This document shows, one piece after another, positions 10,227-19,716 of a stretch of DNA of 43,773 bases; within the stretch, counting starts at the first letter, position 1, and every line of letters starts with the position of its first letter. The position numbers and the translations under genes are program-made. The stretch lies in the IMG/VR virus record IMGVR_UViG_2718218402_000005, one strand, 5' to 3'. Source of the DNA: a virus (taxonomy: Duplodnaviria > Heunggongvirae > Uroviricota > Caudoviricetes). Below the pieces are notes generated by a model. That model saw nothing but the letters and a program-made list of their open reading frames with translations, had not been told where the DNA came from and made no database searches.

Positions 10227-10376
10227 AGGCTTTTTTATTTGTGGTAAATGGGCGGCTGGTGGGTGTTAGGGGCACCCACCAGCCATCTGCTCATGCGTTG
10301 GGTTCACAAGCAAACCTCAGGCCCACTGCTTTGCGCAAAAGCAGAATGAGCCTATCAGAGACAGGCTTAATGATCC

Positions 10377-11426
10377 ATGCTTAATACTGTAAAAATATCC
10401 AGTTGTGAGTTAATCAACGCCGACTGCCTGGAATTTATCCGGTCGTTACCCGAAAATTCTGTTGACCTGATAGTCACGGACCCGCCGTACTTTAAAGTGA
10501 AGCCTGAGGGCTGGGATAACCAGTGGAAGGGCGACGATGATTACCTGAAGTGGCTGGACCAGTGTCTGGCGCAGTTCTGGCGGGTGCTGAAACCTGCCGG
10601 AAGTCTTTACCTGTTCTGTGGTCATCGCCTGGCATCTGATATCGAAATCATGATGCGTGAACGCTTCAGTGTGCTGAACCATATTATCTGGGCGAAGCCG
10701 TCCGGACGCTGGAACGGATGCAACAAGGAAAGCCTGCGGGCGTATTTCCCCGCCACAGAGCGCATTCTGTTCGCGGAACATTATCAGGGGCCGTATCGCC
10801 CGAAAGATGCCGGGTATGAGGCGAAGGGCAGGGAACTGAAACAGCATGTGATGGCCCAGCTGATTTCTTACTTTCGTGATGCACGCGCGGCCCTGGGGAT
10901 AACGGCAAAACAGATTGCAGATGCCACAGGAAAGAAAAACATGGTGTCGCACTGGTTCAGTGCCAGTCAGTGGCAGCTACCGAACGAAAGCGATTATCTG
11001 AAATTACAGTCGCTGTTTGCCCGGGTGGCAGAAGAGAAACATCAGCGGGGAGAACTGGAAAAGTCCCATTACCAACTGGTCAGCACATACAGTGAGCTGA
11101 ACCGGCAGTATATGGAACTGCTGAGTGAATATAAAAATTTGCGGAGGTATTTCGGTGTGACGGTGCAGGTGCCGTACACCGATGTGTGGACGTATAAACC
11201 GGTGCAGTACTATCCAGGGAAACATCCGTGCGAAAAACCGGCAGAAATGCTGCAGCAGATAATCAGCGCAAGTAGTCGTCCTGGTGATCTGGTTGCGGAT
11301 TTTTTCATGGGGTCGGGTTCAACGGTAAAAGCGGCGATGGCACTGGGGCGTCGTGCGATTGGTGTTGAGCTGGAGACCGGACGTTTTGAGCAGACAGTCA
11401 GGGAAGTTCAGGATTTAATCGTTTGA
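10377..11426 (+). CDS. Orphan DNA methyltransferase (amino-MTase, DPPY motif before FxGxG motif)
   Basis: LIVTDPPYF near the N-terminus and FFMGSGST near the C-terminus; no adjacent restriction endonuclease ORF. Confidence 0.7.
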   Translation: MLNTVKISSCELINADCLEFIRSLPENSVDLIVTDPPYFKVKPEGWDNQWKGDDDYLKWLDQCLAQFWRVLKPAGSLYLFCGHRLASDIEIMMRERFSVLNHIIWAKPSGRWNGCNKESLRAYFPATERILFAEHYQGPYRPKDAGYEAKGRELKQHVMAQLISYFRDARAALGITAKQIADATGKKNMVSHWFSASQWQLPNESDYLKLQSLFARVAEEKHQRGELEKSHYQLVSTYSELNRQYMELLSEYKNLRRYFGVTVQVPYTDVWTYKPVQYYPGKHPCEKPAEMLQQIISASSRPGDLVADFFMGSGSTVKAAMALGRRAIGVELETGRFEQTVREVQDLIV

Positions 11427-11475
11427 AACGGATGAGATTGCAGAATTAATTACGCACCATTATTATTCTGCTCCC

Positions 11476-11551
11476 GGCCCTTTAGCTCAGTGGTGAGAGC
11501 GAGCGACTCATAATCGCCAGGTCGCTGGTTCAAATCCAGCAAGGGCCACCA
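11476..11551 (+). tRNA. tRNA with anticodon CAU (Met/Ile2-type)
   Basis: Cloverleaf by eye: acceptor GGCCCTT/AAGGGCC, anticodon loop CTCATAA, TTCAAAT T-loop, CCA end. Confidence 0.75.
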
Positions 11552-11558
11552 TCACATA

Positions 11559-11635
11559 CCGCCATTAGCTCATCAGGAAAGAGCGCCAGCTTTCGAAGCT
11601 GGTTGCGCGGAGTTCGGGTCCCCGAAGGCGGTCCA
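11559..11635 (+). tRNA. tRNA-Arg (anticodon UCG), possibly impaired copy
   Basis: Anticodon loop TTTCGAA; one acceptor-stem and one T-stem mismatch compared with the copy at 28652-28728. Confidence 0.55.
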
Positions 11636-11648
11636 TTATCTGTATCCT

Positions 11649-11725
11649 GCGTTGTTAGCTCAGCCGGACAGAGCAATTGCCTTCTAAGCAATCGGTCACT
11701 GGTTCGAATCCAGTACAACGCGCCA
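11649..11725 (+). tRNA. tRNA-Arg (anticodon UCU)
   Basis: Acceptor GCGTTGT/ACAACGC, anticodon loop CTTCTAA, TTCGAAT T-loop, GCCA end. Confidence 0.75.
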
Positions 11726-12016
11726 CACTTATTTTCCCTGGCTCGCTTTTGCGGGCTTTTTTTTTAAATGTCTCACAATTCAGGCGGTTGACTGTTGTCT
11801 GGTTTGCGGGGAGTTTGTTAAAAGAAACTGGCATGGTGAATCCCCCTGTGCGGAGGGGCAATCAGCGAGTAGGTATATGGGATAATCGCGGATTCAGGTG
11901 CTGGTACTGAATTCACCGGGAGGCACCCGGCACCATGCAATGGCACATAGCGCCACTCTCCAGCCCCTCTCCGGAGGGGCTGTTTATATTGATTTTGTCA
12001 GATGTGAGTAAACTCC

Positions 12017-12352
12017 TTATGGACTTTGCTGTTTTAGTCCATAAGGACATATTTGCAGAGTGCAACGGTTATTAAAGCATTCATTCAATACGTTATCTGT
12101 ATTTGTAGGGCATTCCTGGCTGTTTTTGATTAAATTCCAGAATGTTTTATTGAATGGTACTACGTTGTAAATGGTTACAGGTAGCACTTTGTTATTGAGC
12201 ATGATACCTGTGTGAGTCAGTGTAAATATACTTTCAGGAGGTAAGAAAGCATCCGATTGATACCAGATTATTAATTTTATTTTACTCCATATGACTGAAA
12301 AAGATATTCCGCATGATGGCTGGATAACTGTATCAATCACAATCCACTTCAT
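12017..12352 (-). CDS. Hypothetical protein encoded on AT-rich DNA (111 aa), moron candidate
   Basis: AT-rich ORF antisense to the late operon, between the tRNAs and the late genes; stop lies inside a perfect 12-bp inverted repeat. Confidence 0.3.
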   Translation of the reverse strand: MKWIVIDTVIQPSCGISFSVIWSKIKLIIWYQSDAFLPPESIFTLTHTGIMLNNKVLPVTIYNVVPFNKTFWNLIKNSQECPTNTDNVLNECFNNRCTLQICPYGLKQQSP

Positions 12353-12603
12353 TTAGTTTCCTTGTTTATGCCTTGCTGGTGTTGTTCTGAAAAGTATAAA
12401 TGATAATTTTGAATGTAAACCATAGGGCAGAATTATTTTTCTGATGTTGTTTATTATTTATTTAAATGCAGGGTGGTTTATACCTCGTCTTGTAGTTTAT
12501 CCATGCATATCTGCTTTATGATGAGGTTTTTATTTAAGGTGTGGTTTTGTGTATTACATGTCAGGTATCTTAAAGAATTATTTTTTAGATGGTGGAAAGA
12601 ACC

Positions 12604-12822
12604 ATGGCATTTAAACACTATGATGTTGTCAAGGCGGCGTCGCCGTCAGAGCTTGCGGAAAAGCTGACACACAAACTGAAAGAGGGCTGGCAGCCGTTTG
12701 GTAGTCCGGTGGCCATAACCCCTTATACCCTGATGCAGGCGATTGCCGCGGAGGGGGATGTGACCACGCCAGTGGTTGTGCCCGGCACGGGGGATGGTGG
12801 CCAACGGACGGGAAATCAGTGA
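12604..12822 (+). CDS. Small conserved late-region protein
   Basis: MAFKHYDVVKAASPSELAEKLTHKLKEGWQPFGSPV...; overlaps the start of the next gene (ATGA); resembles DUF1737-type proteins from memory. Confidence 0.4.
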   Translation: MAFKHYDVVKAASPSELAEKLTHKLKEGWQPFGSPVAITPYTLMQAIAAEGDVTTPVVVPGTGDGGQRTGNQ

Positions 12823-13472
12823 CAACGCTGCTTTATTACCGTGCAACAGAGTCAGGTGGTTTACTGAATCCGCAGGGATGGGGAGCTGAAGGAGGGCGTG
12901 CATTGGTAGTTGATGATGCAGGTGCTGCAGGAGGTAAGGCGCTGAGGTGGACCAAACAGACAGGAAGTTCCTCGTGGTTTATGCAGCATGATGCCGGTAA
13001 TGGCGCAGACCTGCTGGAGAAGGGCGGGCTTATCAGTTGTCGTTTTAAAGTTGATGGCATACTGACAGCTAATCAGTACGCACTGGCGCTGTACTGGCCG
13101 GTTTCTTCACTGCCTCAGGGCGTCACACTGGAAGGTAATGCCGGTCATAACCTGCTGGCGTCGTTTTACGTACAGAGCGATGCCACAGACCTTAATGTGA
13201 TGTACTACAAGGGAAATGCTGGTCAGAACACGAAGCTGGGGTCATTCGGCGCATTTGATAACGAATGGCATACGCTGGGCTTCCGTTTTGCCGGTAACAA
13301 CAGTATTGAGGTGACGCCGGTCATTGATGGTAAGGACGGGACGCCGTTCATGCTGTCACAGTCACCGGTCGGCACGTTTACGGCAGACAAATTGCGCGTG
13401 ACCGATATCACTAGCGGTGCGACATATCCGGTGCTGATTGAAAGTATAACAGTGGAAGTGAATAACCCGTAA
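12819..13472 (+). CDS. Hypothetical late-region protein (217 aa)
   Basis: C-terminal 90 aa paralogous to the ORF ending at 16257. Confidence 0.45.
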   Translation: MTTLLYYRATESGGLLNPQGWGAEGGRALVVDDAGAAGGKALRWTKQTGSSSWFMQHDAGNGADLLEKGGLISCRFKVDGILTANQYALALYWPVSSLPQGVTLEGNAGHNLLASFYVQSDATDLNVMYYKGNAGQNTKLGSFGAFDNEWHTLGFRFAGNNSIEVTPVIDGKDGTPFMLSQSPVGTFTADKLRVTDITSGATYPVLIESITVEVNNP

Positions 13473-13890
13473 GCAGGAAAAAAAGGCCGCCGGGGCAGGG
13501 AAAACAAGGAGCCAGAACCGGCGGCAAATGTCGTTATATCCAAAGCAAAACATGCAGGACACTTTTTTAACCAACAGGTATTAACGATGTCAACACCATA
13601 TCAATAACCGGGAGGGATAATGAGATTTGTACAGCTTATTTTATTGTATTTCTGCACGGTGGTGTGCACGTTATATCTGGTAAGTGGCGGGTATAAGGTT
13701 ATCCGGAACTATATACGCAAAAAGATTGATGCCGCGGCGGCGGAAAAAATCAGCGCCAGCCAGTCAGCCGGAACAAAACCCGAAGAGCCTCTCATTTCGT
13801 AGCAACTTTCTTAACAACACCTTTCAACGAGAAAATCGTAACCGGCTCATTTAAACCGTCTGGTCTGTTTCCTCCGGCTCTACAAAAATA

Positions 13891-14568
13891 ATGTCCATCA
13901 TTTTTAATGGACACTATCGTATGAAACACCGGACCTGGATCACTGAAGCTTTACGTCTTCACTTTGAAGAACATTTACCCCGGGTTGTGGCCGGGCGTCG
14001 CCTGGGTGTACCAAAATCAACAGTTTGTAGTATGTTCGTGCGCTTTCGGAGAGCTGGCCTTTCGTGGCCTTTGCCCGCAGGCATGTCGGAGCAGGAACTT
14101 GATGCCTGCCTTTACGGACAATTTTCCACGGTACCAGTCGTACGTCCTGAAAGCACCGTTATATCCGAAGCCCCCGTGGTAAAAAAACGTCCCCGGCGGC
14201 CCAACTTCCCTTATGAGTTTAAAATCGCCTTAGTGGAGCAGTCACTGCAGCCCGGAGCCTGTGTGGCGCAGATCGCCCGGGAAAACGGAATCAACGATAA
14301 CCTGCTCTTCAACTGGCGCCATCAATACCGGAAAGGTGGCCTGCTGCCTTCCGGAAAAAATATGCCGGCACTGCTTCCCGTGACGTTAACGCCGGAGCCG
14401 GATAATAAAATCCCGGCCCCCGCACAGGAACCAGAGCAGATAAATACACCGTCCGACAGTCTGTGTTGTGAGCTGATTCTGCCGGCCGGAACTCTCAGGC
14501 TTAAAGGTAAACTGACGCCGGCGTTATTACAGACACTTATCCGCGAAATGAAAGGGAGCAGCCACTGA
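13891..14568 (+). CDS. IS66-family accessory protein (Orf1/TnpA-like) with N-terminal extension
   Basis: C-terminal half has the IS66 orf1-type motif [37 protein letters not shown]; stop overlaps an ATG (TGATG) that begins MISLP like IS66 TnpB. Confidence 0.5.
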   Translation: MSIIFNGHYRMKHRTWITEALRLHFEEHLPRVVAGRRLGVPKSTVCSMFVRFRRAGLSWPLPAGMSEQELDACLYGQFSTVPVVRPESTVISEAPVVKKRPRRPNFPYEFKIALVEQSLQPGACVAQIARENGINDNLLFNWRHQYRKGGLLPSGKNMPALLPVTLTPEPDNKIPAPAQEPEQINTPSDSLCCELILPAGTLRLKGKLTPALLQTLIREMKGSSH

Positions 14569-14602
14569 TGATATCTCTCCCTGCCGTTCTCTGGGATGTG
14601 AT

Positions 14603-15742
14603 GTGTCAGAGCAACTGGAGCTTATCAGCAGCGCCTTTAAGGTTATCGAAACACAACGTCCGAAACTGGCCTGTTGCCGGTGCGACCATATCGTGCAGGC
14701 ACCGGTGCCTTCAAAACCCATTGCACGCAGTTATGCCGGAGCGGGGCTCCTGGCCCATGTCGTCACCGGAAAATATGCAGACCATCTGCCGTTATACCGC
14801 CAGTCAGAGATATACCGCCGTCAGGGTGTGGAGCTGAGCCGTGCCACACTGGGGCGCTGGACTGGTGCCGTTGCTGAACTACTGGAGCCGCTGTATGACG
14901 TCCTGCGCCAGTATGTGCTGATGCCCGGTAAAGTCCATGCTGATGATATCCCCGTCCCGGTCCAGGAGCCGGGCAGCGGTAAAACCCGGACAGCCCGGCT
15001 GTGGGTCTACGTCCGTGATGACCGTAACGCCGGTTCACAGATGCCCCCGGCGGTCTGGTTCGCGTACAGTCCGGACCGGAAAGGTATCCATCCACAAAAT
15101 CACCTGGCCGGTTACAGCGGTGTGCTTCAGGCCGATGCTTACGGTGGTTACCGGGCGTTATACGAATCCGGCAGAATAACGGAAGCCGCGTGTATGGCTC
15201 ATGCCCGGAGAAAAATCCACGATGTGCATGCAAGAGCGCCCACCGACATCACCACGGAAGCCCTGCAGCGTATCGGTGAACTGTATGCCATCGAGGCAGA
15301 GGTCCGGGGCTGTTCAGCAGAACAGCGTCTGGCGGCAAGAAAAACCAGAGCCGCGCCACTGATGCAGTCACTGTATGACTGGATACAGCAACAGATGAAA
15401 ACACTGTCGCGTCACTCAGATACGGCAAAAGCGTTCGCATACCTGCTGAAACAGTGGGATGCACTGAACGTGTACTGCAGTAATGGCTGGGTGGAAATCG
15501 ACAACAACATCGCAGAGAACGCCTTACGGGGAGTGGCCGTAGGCCGGAAAAACTGGATGTTCGCGGGTTCCGACAGCGGTGGTGAACATGCGGCGGTGTT
15601 GTACTCGCTGATCGGCACATGCCGTCTGAACAATGTGGAGCCAGAAAAGTGGCTGCGCTACGTCATTGAACATATCCAGGACTGGCCGGCAAACCGGGTA
15701 CGCGATCTGTTGCCCTGGAAAGTTGATCTGAGCTCTCAGTAA
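14603..15742 (+). pseudogene. IS66-family transposase TnpC lacking the N-terminal region
   Basis: Matches the central and C-terminal parts of IS66 transposases (RPKLACCRC..., [23 protein letters not shown]) but starts at an internal GTG; tnpB reduced to its first five codons. Confidence 0.6.
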
Positions 15743-15782
15743 ATATCAATACGGTTCTGACGAGCCGCTTACAGAAAATCCC

Positions 15783-15974
15783 ATGTCAGAAATAAAATCT
15801 CTGGTCACTGCTGAAGCAGTGAAGGACGTCCTGCGCTCTGAAGAAGTCAGAAGCGCACTGAAACAGCAACTCCGCCAGAATCTTGAGGCGCGTCTTGATG
15901 CTGAAGTGGATGCCATTCTGGATGAGCTGCTGGGGGGATCCGTTCCTGATGTCGTACTTCACTCAGACCACTGA
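15783..15974 (+). CDS. Hypothetical small protein (63 aa) just downstream of the IS66 insertion
   Basis: ATG 5 bp after the IS right end; possibly the frameshifted 5' part of the following paralog. Confidence 0.3.
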   Translation: MSEIKSLVTAEAVKDVLRSEEVRSALKQQLRQNLEARLDAEVDAILDELLGGSVPDVVLHSDH

Positions 15975-16257
15975 CGGCAGAGTGAATCTGATGCATCACA
16001 GGAAAGCCGGAAACACGAAGCTGGGGGAGTTCGGCGATTACGGTAACGACTGGCAGACGCTGGAGCTGGTGTTCACCGCCGGCAGTGCCACGGTTACTCC
16101 GAAACTGAATGGAGTGGCTGGCCCGGCATTCCAGGTTATAAAAGACAGTCTGACACTGGGACTGAATGCGCTGACGCTGACGGATGTTACAAAAAATGCA
16201 GCGTATGGCGTTGAGATAGAAAGTCTGATGCTGGAGATAAATGCACCGGCAGCATAA
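15949..16257 (+). CDS. Truncated or frameshifted paralog of the 12819-13472 protein
   Basis: MSYFTQTTDGRVNLMHHRKAGNTKLGEFGDYGNDW... aligns with the C-terminal 100 aa of the 217-aa protein. Confidence 0.35.
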   Translation: MSYFTQTTDGRVNLMHHRKAGNTKLGEFGDYGNDWQTLELVFTAGSATVTPKLNGVAGPAFQVIKDSLTLGLNALTLTDVTKNAAYGVEIESLMLEINAPAA

Positions 16258-16549
16258 TAAAAAAAGCCAGCGCCCACTCTGAAGGACGCTGGCTAAAACG
16301 GGTAGATGTACTTCACATGATACTTATATTTAGCAGTACATTTTCTGACAGACAGTGACGGATGTTGTCAAGATATTGTGTCATTTATAACCTGAATCAG
16401 GGGTTGGTCGGAATGTTATCTGGCATTTTTAGCAGAGCCTGAATGCCATAATCACGGCTCCCGGAGTTGGCCGTCAGTGGGTGACACTGGCGGCTTTTTG
16501 TTTTCCTTTACTTTCATTTTCTGTCGGCGGTGACGGAGACATACATCAG

Positions 16550-16756
16550 ATGGAAAAAATCACAACGGGTGTGTCATACACCACGTCAGCGGTGGGGACG
16601 GGATACTGGTTACTGCAGCTGCTGGACAAAGTCTCTCCGTCCCAGTGGGTGGCAATAGGTGTACTGGGGAGTCTGCTGTTTGGCCTGCTGACGTATCTGA
16701 CTAACCTGTATTTCAAAATCAGGGAGGACCGCCGTAAGACGGCGCGGGGAGACTAA
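16550..16756 (+). CDS. Class II holin, phage 21 S-type pinholin (68 aa)
   Basis: [68 protein letters not shown] closely resembles S21 from memory. Confidence 0.8.
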   Translation: MEKITTGVSYTTSAVGTGYWLLQLLDKVSPSQWVAIGVLGSLLFGLLTYLTNLYFKIREDRRKTARGD

Positions 16757-16760
16757 AGCG

Positions 16761-17750
16761 ATGAAGAAAAAATACGAACTGGTTGTTAAAGAGATAAATA
16801 ATTACCCGGATAAGATTGCTGTTACTGTGGCACTTGAAATTGGCGGGCATCCGTCGTTGTTGTTGCCACATGTGGCGATTAGTCTTGACCGTACTGAAGG
16901 TGCCACGCTGGAGTTCTACGAAGCTGAGGCGAAAAAACAGGCGAAGCAGTTTTTCATGGATATTGTTGCCGGGTTATGCGAAGGGGATGAACCGTCACCG
17001 GAAAAGCGCCCCGTAATTTTAGATGCGCAGGATGTATTGATAACCTACAAAGGAAAGCTACCGGGAAGAATTACTTGTTCTCTGAAGATGCCGCCGTCAA
17101 CACTGCGGTCAGAAAAAGATGATGTTGAATCGCGTATTGAAAAACTGGAGTGCTATATCGCTGAATTGAAAAAAAGCACCCCAACAAAAAATGAGGTGCT
17201 TGCAGCAGACGAAATGAAAGAAGCTATTCCTGATCGCGCGGCGAATCTAAGCTGCGCTTCATGGTTGAAAGAGCATCTTCAGCAGCCTGAAAAAAAACGC
17301 CGCGATGAGCAGTTTGCTGCGTTTTACGATTATTGCCGGAAAGTGATGAGCAGAAATCTCGCAGAGTGTTTCAGTATTCATAATGATAATTTCAGTGACC
17401 TGGAATGGGAGTGTAACCGGCCATCCTTTGTTGTATCCGGTGATGCTGGGAAAATAACCATCTCAGAAAATGGAAAAGTAACACCGCCATCGCACCAGCA
17501 TAGTGAGGAGCTCATTGAATTTGCCATTGATTACCTGAAGAACAATAAAAAGCAGGGGCTGATGAAGTGCATTGGTCGTTGCATGGGATATCTGCAGATA
17601 GCTGCTGAGATTGAAGCGCTGGCCAGTGGTGCGGACAAGGATGCAGTTGTGCGGGAGGCTCTTCTTCGTGATTTTGATAATCCGCCCTTTAAAAAAGTGC
17701 CGGCTTACTGGTTTCATCCAGGACTGACTTATCTTAAAGGACGTATATAA
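16761..17750 (+). CDS. Hypothetical 329-aa protein inserted between holin and endolysin
   Basis: ATG 4 nt after the holin stop; no recognisable family; charged and Cys-containing. Confidence 0.5.
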   Translation: MKKKYELVVKEINNYPDKIAVTVALEIGGHPSLLLPHVAISLDRTEGATLEFYEAEAKKQAKQFFMDIVAGLCEGDEPSPEKRPVILDAQDVLITYKGKLPGRITCSLKMPPSTLRSEKDDVESRIEKLECYIAELKKSTPTKNEVLAADEMKEAIPDRAANLSCASWLKEHLQQPEKKRRDEQFAAFYDYCRKVMSRNLAECFSIHNDNFSDLEWECNRPSFVVSGDAGKITISENGKVTPPSHQHSEELIEFAIDYLKNNKKQGLMKCIGRCMGYLQIAAEIEALASGADKDAVVREALLRDFDNPPFKKVPAYWFHPGLTYLKGRI

Positions 17751-17792
17751 GCTGGCTCGTTATCTGTTGCCGATAAATCCTGATAAATATCC

Positions 17793-18326
17793 ATGAACAC
17801 CAAAATCAAATACGGCCTGTCGGCTGCCGTTCTGGCGCTGATTGCCGCTGGTGCGCCTGCGCCTGATATTCTCGACCAGTTTCTGGATGAAAAGGAAGGT
17901 AACCACACCACGGCATACCGTGATGGTGCGGGGATCTGGACCATCTGCCGTGGTGCCATCATGGTGGATGGTAAACCTGTTGTTCCAGGCATGAAGTTGT
18001 CGAAGGCAAAATGCGCTCAGGTTAACGCCATTGAGCGTAATAAGGCGCTGGCATGGGTGGAGAAAAACATCAAAGTGCCATTGACCGAACCACAGAAAGC
18101 GGGGATTGCGTCATTCTGTCCGTACAACATTGGCCCCGGTAAGTGTTTCCCGTCGACGTTTTATAAACGAATTAATGCAGGCGATCGCAGGGGGGCGTGT
18201 GAGGCGATTCGCTGGTGGATTAAGGACGGTGGCAGAGACTGCCGTATTCGCTCAAACAACTGTTACGGTCAGGTATCCCGTCGCGACCAGGAGAGTGCGC
18301 TGGCGTGCTGGGGAATTGACAGGTAA
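17793..18326 (+). CDS. SAR endolysin (phage lysozyme, R21-type)
   Basis: N-terminal Ala/Gly-rich signal-anchor LSAAVLALIAAGAPA, then lysozyme motifs TAYRDGAGIWTICRG. Confidence 0.8.
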   Translation: MNTKIKYGLSAAVLALIAAGAPAPDILDQFLDEKEGNHTTAYRDGAGIWTICRGAIMVDGKPVVPGMKLSKAKCAQVNAIERNKALAWVEKNIKVPLTEPQKAGIASFCPYNIGPGKCFPSTFYKRINAGDRRGACEAIRWWIKDGGRDCRIRSNNCYGQVSRRDQESALACWGIDR

Positions 18327-18421
18327 GCAGAATATTTTGCTGAAAAATGCGGTTTGCTCACACGGACGGATAACACGAAATCCTGCGAACTGACAAAAAC
18401 TAAGTGAATAAAAGTAAAAAC

Positions 18422-18455
18422 CCCGTTTGTTGGCTGCAAGCGGGGTTTTGTGTTT
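18422..18455 (+). terminator. Intrinsic-terminator-like hairpin between endolysin and Rz
   Basis: CCCCG-(14 nt)-CGGGG followed by TTTTGTGTTT. Confidence 0.4.
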
Positions 18456-18485
18456 CCTGACTCTGGAAAAGTCAAAGGAGAAAGT

Positions 18486-18623
18486 GTGTTTGATTTTAGC
18501 AAACTGATTCGGGAGATTCGAGTGATGGCTGAAAAATTATCCACCTGGAAGTTCATTCTTATCTGGCTGGTGTTTGTGATTATGGCCTCCGGTTATTTCA
18601 TCGGTCAGATACGCTGGTGGTGA
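18486..18623 (+). CDS. Possible small membrane protein (45 aa) coupled to Rz
   Basis: GTG start 5 nt after AGGAG; hydrophobic WKFILIWLVFVIMASGYFIG; stop 1 nt before the Rz start. Confidence 0.25.
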   Translation: MFDFSKLIREIRVMAEKLSTWKFILIWLVFVIMASGYFIGQIRWW

Positions 18624-18624
18624 A

Positions 18625-19092
18625 ATGAACCGCGTACTGTGCGTGGTCATCATTGCCCTGCTGGTGGCCTGTGGTGCGCTTAGTCTGGGGCTGAATCATT
18701 ACCGTGATAACGCCATAACCTACAAAGAGCAGCGCGATAAAAAAGTCAGTGAGCTGGAGCAGGCAAATGCAACCATTACTGATATGCAGCAGCGCCAGCG
18801 TGATGTTGCTGCACTTGATGCCAGATACTCGAGGGAATTAGCCGATGCGAGAGCTGAAAATGAAACTCTTCGCGCTGACGTTGCCGCTGGTCGTAAGCGC
18901 CTGCGGATCAACGCCACCTGTCCAGGCTCCGTGCGTGAAGCCCCCACCACCTCCGGCGTGGATAATGCAACCGGCCCCCAACTGGCAGACACCGTTACAC
19001 GGGATTATTTCACCCTCAGAGAGCGGCTGATGACGATGCACAAGCAACTGGAAGGGGCACAGGACTATATCCGCACTCAGTGCCTGAAATAA
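18625..19092 (+). CDS. Rz i-spanin
   Basis: N-terminal TM helix then coiled-coil-like periplasmic domain; contains the embedded Rz1 frame. Confidence 0.75.
   Translation: MNRVLCVVIIALLVACGALSLGLNHYRDNAITYKEQRDKKVSELEQANATITDMQQRQRDVAALDARYSRELADARAENETLRADVAAGRKRLRINATCPGSVREAPTTSGVDNATGPQLADTVTRDYFTLRERLMTMHKQLEGAQDYIRTQCLK
18860..19030 (+). CDS. Rz1 o-spanin lipoprotein, embedded in Rz in another frame
   Basis: MKLFALTLPLVVSAC lipobox then Pro-rich sequence; wholly inside Rz. Confidence 0.7.
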   Translation: MKLFALTLPLVVSACGSTPPVQAPCVKPPPPPAWIMQPAPNWQTPLHGIISPSESG

Positions 19093-19716
19093 GTTTTGTT
19101 GATGCGCCGTATCGTCGCTGTATTCCCTCATTAACAGAGACCGCAGCCCGACAGGGAGACTCCTCTGCGCGAGTGTGCGGGGATAATCAAAAACGATACA
19201 CACCGGGGTTTACCGCGTTAACGGAGCGCGGCGTTGTCCCCTCATAGTCGCCTGTCCGGTGCGATGGTGGAAGAAGCCGGATGTTTATCACTATTAATTG
19301 ATGACACAGAAATGGATTCATTGAATTTCAGCACGTTTTTGTATTCGTGTTATTGAACATCTGTTTATTTTACTTTTAACATATTGATAATAAAAAGAGC
19401 TGTAAATCTTTAGATGAGTCGATTTTGTCCGGGGAAGTTCAAATGGATTTTATGCTGACGGTTTCTGGTGTGGTTATCCTGTCCATTGCTTATACTGCAG
19501 ATAAATATGGCTGCCATTTGTTATCACGTATTGGCGCTTATTGTTCGTTGATGCTGATTTTCTCGTCGCTTTTTTTTTGAGTAAGTTATATTAATTATAA
19601 CAAATAATTTTCTGTGTTATTTTTTCAGGCTATCCCGTCAGAGGGGAAGCCTGTACTGCCGGGGAGCGAATGGAAAACTGATGTGTCCGGTAACTGCGTG
19701 TTCTGTGAACACCATG

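Larger units (their letters stand above)
13838..15772 (+). mobile_element. IS66-family element with internal deletion, flanked by 8-bp direct repeat AGAAAATC
   Basis: Ends GTAACCGGCTCAT... at 13838 and ...GAGCCGCTTAC at 15772 form inverted repeats; AGAAAATC at 13830-13837 and 15773-15780. Confidence 0.7.
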
